This document shows, piece after piece, positions 57,223-64,000 of a stretch of 64,000 nt of DNA (the first letter of the stretch is position 1; each line of letters starts with the position of its first letter). The notes below the pieces were generated by a model that had not been told where the DNA came from, did no database searches, and saw only the letters and a list, made by a program, of their open reading frames with translations. A program made the translations under genes and the position numbers. Location: positions 1-64,000 of the IMG/VR virus record IMGVR_UViG_3300006928_000001. One strand, given 5' to 3'. The stretch comes from a virus.

Positions 57223-57825
57223 TCAGGCAGCTTCGCTCTTAGCCTCAACGATCTTCTTCGCAATCGTCTCAGGCTTCCAGCGGGTAGTGGCCTTGATGCC
57301 AAGTGCACCAGCCATTTCTACGAGGGTCTCATGGTCGTTACCCTCCACCAGGAGAGCAACGGTCAACTCAGGTGCATCCTTGGCCTCTTCCAAGTCTGCC
57401 TGGACCTCTTCCTTCTGACGAGTCTTACGCACCGCGTGCGGAATCGGCGGAAGGTCTTCACGAAGACCCTTCAGTCGACCGTGCCTGGCGTGGCTCATGT
57501 AGTGCTTACCATGTCGGTCACTGATGTTAGCGTTCGGGAACGCATTCGACAAAGCAGTAGTCAGGTTGCTGTCATTGAACGGGACCCCCTCGCCGATAGT
57601 GAGGTTGATAAGCACCGCAGCAAAGTGACCCTGGGTCGAGATACCCTGCATCCGGAGGTAAGCTTCCGCTCGATCCTCTTCCGTAGAGCCCTTAGTGACA
57701 GCAATGTTGGACTTCTCCAGCTCACTGTCGATGGTAGAGAGCTCCACAACGGACGTCATGACAGTGGCCGCTGCTCGGACGTCAAAGAAACGGGCGTTCT
57801 TGTTGTTGGTGTTAGCGTCAGACAT
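57223..57825 (-). CDS. Probable nucleic-acid-binding protein with C-terminal Rho-N/HeH-like motif; paralogue of 24900..25637
   Basis: AFPNANISDRHGKHYMSHARHGRL; C-terminal ETLVEMAGALGIK...KPETIAKKI; own promoter. Confidence 0.7.
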   Translation of the reverse strand: MSDANTNNKNARFFDVRAAATVMTSVVELSTIDSELEKSNIAVTKGSTEEDRAEAYLRMQGISTQGHFAAVLINLTIGEGVPFNDSNLTTALSNAFPNANISDRHGKHYMSHARHGRLKGLREDLPPIPHAVRKTRQKEEVQADLEEAKDAPELTVALLVEGNDHETLVEMAGALGIKATTRWKPETIAKKIVEAKSEAA

Positions 57826-57892
57826 GATGATTCCCCTCATCGTGGCCCGGTGGATGATGGAGAAGGAGTGGGCCTTGCCCCTTCCCTAGATT

Positions 57893-57902
57893 AGTATACC
57901 TC
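57893..57902 (-). promoter_or_regulatory. Promoter -10 element GAGGTATACT
   Basis: Identical to 45616-45625. Confidence 0.6.
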
Positions 57903-59164
57903 TCTTTGTGGGAGAAGTACATAGGAAAATGCATCTAAGATGCCGTTAGTTCCACCTCTCAGGAAGCTTCATGTTCCACAAGGCGTCAAGTCCGATCTCG
58001 ATCGCTTCCAGATGGTCATCAAGAGTACGCAAGTCATTAATATTGATCTCAACGCACTGACGTTCGAAGATGATTTCGCCACTGTGTACAGTAATGTCAC
58101 CAGTTCCACTATCGGGGAAGACGAGACCGCCACAGGCGCTGTGCGCATAGTGTGCCCAAGAAATTAAGTCATTTTCTTGACGCAAACTACTCCACTTTCC
58201 GTCAGCATAACTCTCAATACTAGGAAAGATGGCGTCGTAGTTGATATCTTCATCATCGGTTGGCACGTTGGTACTCCATAGCTTCTTCGTAAGCCTTAGT
58301 CATTTCTTCTTTAGACAGATCCGTTCTAAGCCAGAGGCCATCGCCAACATACATGTATTTGCTGTAATCGACGCGATCGTTGTTCATACCGAAGATATAC
58401 CAACCTCGAGGCTTATTATCTTCAGGATAATCTGTCTTGTCAGATACCAGTTCGGTATCAATTGGAGACATATACTCCAGTCCAGCTTCAACAAACAGTC
58501 TACATGCTTCTTTCTGCATGTCAGTCAAGTTGTCAGCCATGACGTCCCCATCAACTACTTTGCCGACCAGCAAGCCAGCTTCAGCCCATGTGATGTTGGT
58601 TTTCATAGTGATTGACTCACACGAAATTCAGGGTTAGCCTCGTCTCCAACGTTGTCTTCAGCTGGAATTTCCCATTCCACGGGATAGTGGATTTCATCCA
58701 GTGGGGGCTGATAGACGAGAATGAAGTAGGTACCCCATTTTGGGTCCTTAGACCTATCGAAGAGAACACAAGTCTCACCAAGTGGTGTGGTAGCATAAAA
58801 GATTGGGAAATCTTTCGTACCTTCGTACACCTCCATTGCATGGCGAGCGAAATCGTTGATCTCTCCTCTGGAGGGCTCGAATGTGATGGTGTTCATTCCG
58901 GCCTCTTAACATTCCAAACGCCAATAGCGAATGCGTACATGTCTGGAACATTGATGAGCATCTCGTAGAACCGTTCAACCAGTTCCTTCTCTTCAGGCTC
59001 GCAGTGGTCATACAGGCGACCAGCGTCGTAGCACAGTTCGACGATAGCTTCTTCGTCGTCAGGATCATCCATGAATGGGATACAGTCGGCAGCGATGTAT
59101 TGCCATGCTTTGTACATGATTCGATGCATGGTCCAAGCTTCACCGGGTGTTAGCTCAAGTACCA

Positions 59165-59533
59165 TTACTTCTTCGGCTCCAGCTTGATGACGTTGCCAGA
59201 CCTGGTGTTGTATGGCTTGTTAGGGATAAGATGGTCTTCGCTGTAGTTAAACGTCACGAAAGACTCCCAGGGAATCTTGACCCTGTACAGCTTGTCGAAG
59301 CTCACAAAAGCGTGAAAGTAGGTGTCATCGGTCTTAACTTCCATGCCCTGGTGGACGTTGTCGTTAGAGAAGTCGAATCGAAGACCAACAAGAGCACGTC
59401 GCTCACGGTGCGCTTTGACAACATTCTCCGGAAGTCCAGTTTCCGCGCTACTCAGAAAGGGAGAAACCAGGACAGTACAATCAGCATGTGCTTCGTACGC
59501 CCCATCAATCAGCACCTTGAAAAAGTTCACCAT
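59165..59533 (-). CDS. SspB-like ClpXP adaptor candidate
   Basis: LP..V....LRFDFS....MEV..DD..F...VSF....VKIPW..F..F pattern; C-tail GNVIKLEPKK. Confidence 0.5.
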   Translation of the reverse strand: MVNFFKVLIDGAYEAHADCTVLVSPFLSSAETGLPENVVKAHRERRALVGLRFDFSNDNVHQGMEVKTDDTYFHAFVSFDKLYRVKIPWESFVTFNYSEDHLIPNKPYNTRSGNVIKLEPKK

Positions 59534-60030
59534 ACCGACACCTCCTCATCATCCAGATAGTCTGGTTCCAAACCGAAGACGCTTTGCATCGCTTCTTCTA
59601 GTTGAAACAATCCAGTAGCTCCTTCAATTTGTTCTTTATACTCAGCGATCATGTCATCAACAACACTGTCATCAACATCATCGCGGTTCTTGATTAATTC
59701 ACGTAGACTCAATTTCAACCCACCTACCAAAGCAGTTATTCTCGTTATGCCTGGACCCAGGCACATTCTTTTCGACGACCTTGCAGTCATCACACCGGCA
59801 TAGTACGTCAAGGTGGGCAGATTGATGCCGCCGAATACGAACGGAAGTACCATAAGCACCAATCTGACCACGAATGACGAAGTTTCGCATCGGGAAGTAT
59901 TCCCGACCGATTAGGTCTGCACACTTTGGGCAGTAGAACAGACCCGTGATACTATTCCAGCAACGTGGATCAGCGGAGTTGTGACAGGCTTCACGACCAC
60001 AACGAAGCCAGGCTTCATCACTTGGATTGC

Positions 60031-60528
60031 TCATTGTGGGTTCACCTCTATCGGAAAATAAACCGTTTTACGAGCTACACCTTCAGCACGGATTTTGCCA
60101 CTATTCTTCAGTGTCAACGCGAACTTTTGGAACCGCTTGGACTCCAGACCCATGATCTCACGATAAGTCTTGGGTGAGCAACCTGGATGTTCTCTTACGA
60201 GCCGAAGTAGTTGCTGTGTACGAGTCTCTTTCTTCGGTACAGACAGATTTCCGGAAAGCTCAGGCTCAAGAAACGCCAGTAGCACACCAGATTGACTAAA
60301 GTCGAGCCTCAGCTGGTACTTCGGATTGCCTTCGTTCATATCATGGAATCCAGCAGCCAGACCCTTGGAATCTGGGCGTGCCATGACATAGTTAGGTCGT
60401 GACGGTTCTGGTTCATACATCACTACCGTGACAATTTTGCGGTCAGCTTCCTCAGCAAGTTTCTCGATGACTTGACCGATAAGGAATGACTCATGGTTTT
60501 CAGAACCCTTAATGATGAGTTTGCTCAC
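60031..60528 (-). CDS. Protein with C-terminal winged helix-turn-helix
   Basis: LLRLVREHPG.....REIMGL.......L..LKNSGKI..EG..RKTVYF. Confidence 0.65.
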   Translation of the reverse strand: MSKLIIKGSENHESFLIGQVIEKLAEEADRKIVTVVMYEPEPSRPNYVMARPDSKGLAAGFHDMNEGNPKYQLRLDFSQSGVLLAFLEPELSGNLSVPKKETRTQQLLRLVREHPGCSPKTYREIMGLESKRFQKFALTLKNSGKIRAEGVARKTVYFPIEVNPQ

Positions 60529-61258
60529 AAGTCCTTCCCAGTCTTAGGATTCCAAAGCCAATCACACTCAGGCTTTACTTCAGCAGACTTCCACTGCTGA
60601 CGAGTGATGAGCTCACCAGCGTCGTTGAGCATACACCATTCATTACCATCGAATGATAGGTCAGCGTAATTAACAAACTTTTCGTTGTCAATCCAGGCAA
60701 GACAAACGTAAATTCCGCCACTGTTGTGATGAGCAATTTTCATATCAAAGAGCTCATTCCACTTAACGTCATGCCCGTATTCTTCCCAGTATTCCTTTAG
60801 GCCGTTTACATCTTCAACCTTACTCATGCTTCTACCCTCACTGGCTTGATTTTGTCTTTGTCTACAGTGTGTTGAGCGGCGTTCTTTCTGGCGTTGAACA
60901 GTGTGGCGTTGCACAAATTGTCTACGATACTGTAACGCACAAACTCACGGAGTTCTCCATACTGTCGTTTGGCGGTTCTGCGAACATTCAAGAATCCATC
61001 GTCGCGGATGATGACATAAGCTTTGTCATTCTTCATCTTTGTGCTCCTTAAGAAACTGTTCGAAGCAGTCTCCACACACTGGTGATGAAAACGGATTGGA
61101 GCTCACTTGATGCATATCATCGTCTGTTGTGACGTTGTCACACTCACAGCGCCAGTAACCAGGCTCAAGGCCTTCCCGCGCATCAAAATAAGCAGATTCT
61201 GCAGCGTCTTCCATTGAACTTAGCCAACACAGCATTGTTTTCCTCTTTTTGTTAAAAA

Positions 61259-61339
61259 CGGAGATAATGGGAATCGAACCCACCAGTCTTTCAGTGAGCT
61301 GCTCAAGTGACGGAAGCCGTCCGTTAGGCCTCTACCCCT
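61259..61339 (-). tRNA. tRNA-like element with non-canonical anticodon arm (pseudo-tRNA or tRNA mimic)
   Basis: Canonical T arm gtggg-ttcgatt-cccat, acceptor aggggta/tatctcc, D arm ggcc-taacggac-ggct; no clean anticodon stem-loop and no encoded CCA. Confidence 0.5.
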
Positions 61340-61476
61340 TACGTCACGAGCACAAAGGTTGCAGGCACACAACCAGTTGGTGGAACACATCTTGACTATC
61401 CATGAGCCTACAAAGCTCGGCGGTCACCAGCTCCGCATGTATCTCCTGGATGCCTTAGTCGTCTCGACGCCAGCCA

Positions 61477-62280
61477 TTACGCTGACTCATCGAATTCCCT
61501 GTAGACTCGAGAAGGGATGCTCTTACCTCCAGGAGCTTCTGTGTCGTAGAAGTCTCCGTTGATGAGGTACGTAATGTTTTCTACGTAGCCCCATGGTCCA
61601 GATGATTCTGGTTCGATCTCGGCCTTAGAACGAATCAGCTTGTTATCAACAATGATAACATCACACCCATCCTTCTCGTGCCTAATGAGTTCACACTCAT
61701 GACTGTAGCCGTCACCAAGCTGGTTGCTCTCAGGATACCAATTGTAGTCATGACCTCGTTCAACCCAATAGACCACGATCCGTAGCTCTCCATGATGGTC
61801 GTAGGCGCCCTTTACATAACTGGCGAATGCCCACGGTACTGGGGCATCATAAGAGGCTCGGCCACCTAGTACAACTACATCACCAACTACGAATGGACAC
61901 TTGGCACTACGGGGCTGGTACTCACGGACTGGTGCTCCTCGACGAGCTACAGCAGCCATAGTCAAGTCTACAGTCATTCCCGTAAGGTCATCTTCCTCAC
62001 CGCTATAGCGAAGACGGTATCCCCACTTTTCATTACTGGTAACAGTAAACCATAGAGTTTGACCAACCAAGTCTTCGTCGATACACTCCTCCACAGTCAT
62101 GGATGCAACATCTTTCGTAAAAGACTGAAGCTTCAATTCGATGTGGAAGTACGGGGTACCAAGAGTGCACCGCTTCGGCAAGAACTCCTTCACACGAGTC
62201 TCATAATTGATCCTATCCCAGTCAGAATCAGGATGGAGGTAATGACAGACAACGCGTTCGTTCGTGTAGTTGTAGAACAT
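61477..62280 (-). CDS. Hypothetical protein
   Basis: 267 aa, AGGAG SD. Confidence 0.7.
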   Translation of the reverse strand: MFYNYTNERVVCHYLHPDSDWDRINYETRVKEFLPKRCTLGTPYFHIELKLQSFTKDVASMTVEECIDEDLVGQTLWFTVTSNEKWGYRLRYSGEEDDLTGMTVDLTMAAVARRGAPVREYQPRSAKCPFVVGDVVVLGGRASYDAPVPWAFASYVKGAYDHHGELRIVVYWVERGHDYNWYPESNQLGDGYSHECELIRHEKDGCDVIIVDNKLIRSKAEIEPESSGPWGYVENITYLINGDFYDTEAPGGKSIPSRVYREFDESA

Positions 62281-62497
62281 CAGAAGCTCCTGGGGTATTC
62301 AACCTTGTAATGGCATTTGCCGTTGACAGAGACCGTTACCTTGCCTTCTTCGAAACCGATGGAGACATCAGCCATTCCGAGCTGGAGCTCGAGCTTGGCA
62401 TATGTTGGATCAACATTGTCATGGACAACAGTACAGTCTTCGCCATTTACAGTTGTCGTGATATTCCCGTTGTTCTCAGTCTTAAGCTCGGCGTACA

Positions 62498-63307
62498 TTA
62501 CTTCTTCTCCGTCGGTGGGGTAGAAAATCCAATGCCCTTCCAGTCACGCAAAGAGTCTTCCAGTCGCCTTCTAGTGTCCAAAGGCGATCCGTTAAGACAC
62601 ATAGCCTCACGGACGAGATCATCTCGTGACATGCTATTAACACTCCCGAATCCTTCTGAGATAGAGTCGATTACCATGTCACGACTCAACTCAGGCTCAA
62701 GCCAACAGTTGGCTACATACCAGGCGATGACACCATCTGAGTAGCCTTCCAGACAGTCTACTGCCCGAGGGTTAGGATCATCAGTAGACGTAGGCTTCCA
62801 TGTGAGAGTGCGCATGTCACACATCTCATTGATACTACGCGCGGACTTTTCTTTCACGTTGACGAAGTAAACGCCACTAATCGCCTCGTACCATCCATCC
62901 TTGGCTGGTTGGGGAGAAGCGCGGTCGACACGAATCTGCTGTGCAGAGTGCCAAAGCATCATGGCCATACGCTCCATCTCACTCGGTGTCATGGTGAAAC
63001 CAGCACGATTTCCGATGTTGAGTAGCGGCAACTGGCCGTCGATCTCGTCGGTTACTGTAACCGGCCCATGGACACTACCGATGTACATCGTGCCGATGTC
63101 TTCGACCTCACTGAACTCGTCGTACATGTCGAAGATAGCCATGATGAGTGGCGCAAGCGGGTCTGGTGAGTACTGGGTATTATCCTTGATTGATGGCTTC
63201 CCATACGTAGCGTAGTACCCAATTTCATCCTCGTGCACAGTGATACTACGGATTACTTTGTCCGGAAGTGTGACAGCCGCGGTGATATGCTTTTCTGGCT
63301 TAGGCAT
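62498..63307 (-). CDS. Hypothetical protein
   Basis: 269 aa, GAGG SD. Confidence 0.7.
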   Translation of the reverse strand: MPKPEKHITAAVTLPDKVIRSITVHEDEIGYYATYGKPSIKDNTQYSPDPLAPLIMAIFDMYDEFSEVEDIGTMYIGSVHGPVTVTDEIDGQLPLLNIGNRAGFTMTPSEMERMAMMLWHSAQQIRVDRASPQPAKDGWYEAISGVYFVNVKEKSARSINEMCDMRTLTWKPTSTDDPNPRAVDCLEGYSDGVIAWYVANCWLEPELSRDMVIDSISEGFGSVNSMSRDDLVREAMCLNGSPLDTRRRLEDSLRDWKGIGFSTPPTEKK

Positions 63308-64000
63308 GATTTACCTCTCTTCTGCGTTATGAAAGTGAACTGTATCCCAGAGCAATTCTGGCATAGAACCTTCTGCTCTAGATCTAACGTTGTACCGTCG
63401 GCCGCCATGGTGGATACCAACTCCGTATGTTACGGTACCTTTATACGGGTATTTCCAGAGCATGATGTGCGCAATTTTCCCATTACACTTGCGAGAAAAT
63501 GTGTAGATCTGCATTTTATCGAGTGTACGCATGGCACCAATTTGCGGGAACCGGAGCAGAAAGCTTGTGCTAAGCGCTCGGCACTTCAATTTGAGAGTGC
63601 TTCCATCCGCTACGAGCTTGGCCTTTGTGACGTCTGCCATGATGACGTCATTAGCAAACTGTAGGATTTTCTTGCTCATCACTCTTCCACGAAGCAGACA
63701 TCGTCCAACGCCACCTCTGGGCCTGTTGTGTCCATAGACTCAACGTTCACCAGGTGGAGGTCTGTGATGTTGAGAAGAAGGCGTTCTTGGATTGCTTTCT
63801 TGGCCTTTTCGACAGCTTGGTCTTTTGTTGCACCGCGAGCATCAACAACGACACTCATCTCGACTGTGAGCGTGATTTCGTACAAGTCTTCCATTATGGG
63901 TTCTACCTCTTTGCGAGAAGACTACGAGCTTCTCGGTCATTTCTGATTTGAATCATTGCTACTGCTGAGCCGTTCAATGTCGCTCTAAGTAGCTTCATGA

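Larger units (their letters stand above)
53212..63894 (-). other. Dense array of about 25 small, translationally coupled early/host-takeover-type genes
   Basis: Minus-strand ORFs of 40-290 aa, mostly abutting or overlapping by a few nt; most are unrecognisable. Confidence 0.8.

Noticed and set aside
61259-61476. tmRNA (suggested by G3-U70 and the nearby SspB-like gene)
   Set aside because: The element is only about 81 nt with a paired D stem, and no tag reading frame or pseudoknots were identified.
1-64000. Stop-codon reassignment
   Set aside because: Genes are full length and tightly packed under the standard code, and TAG, TGA and TAA all end genes at coupled junctions.
1-64000. Apparent abundance of CTAG
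   Set aside because: By eye it is merely not depleted; enrichment cannot be claimed without counting.

Overview
This 64 kb window is a fragment of a large contractile-tailed (myovirus-like) dsDNA phage. Essentially all real genes are on the minus strand; the plus-strand ORFs look like antisense shadows. Left to right on the + coordinates: a nucleotide-metabolism/repair block (truncated class II-like RNR, two-domain ThyX, 5'-3' exonuclease, NAD+ ligase); terminase large subunit; tail-fibre and baseplate genes; then a long replication/modification region. That region holds a DinG helicase, a single-chain topoisomerase VI B-A fusion, two P-loop nucleotide kinases, dCMP deaminase, VRR-NUC, PC4, PolA, an Asp-type ThyA homologue, a SAM methyltransferase, portal, AAA ATPase, Cas4-like nuclease, a divergent C5 methyltransferase, a dimeric dUTPase/dCTPase, a TOPRIM-MCM primase-helicase, an SSB candidate and an SNF2 helicase. 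Next come a receiver-domain + TM-GAF pair, a TerS candidate, an MBD4-like glycosylase, a second beta-helix virion protein, and about 11 kb of small early-type genes including an SspB-like protein and a tRNA-like element. The best candidate for a new system is a cytosine-modification pathway (Asp-type ThyA homologue, kinases, dNTPase, two methyltransferases) accompanied by a remodelled MBD4-like glycosylase. Other highlights are the fused type IIB topoisomerase, a phage CheY-like receiver coupled to a GAF-holin-like gene, a stand-alone terminase-fragment protein, and hairpins with anti-Shine-Dalgarno loops. All family assignments come from motif recognition by eye; no database searches were run.
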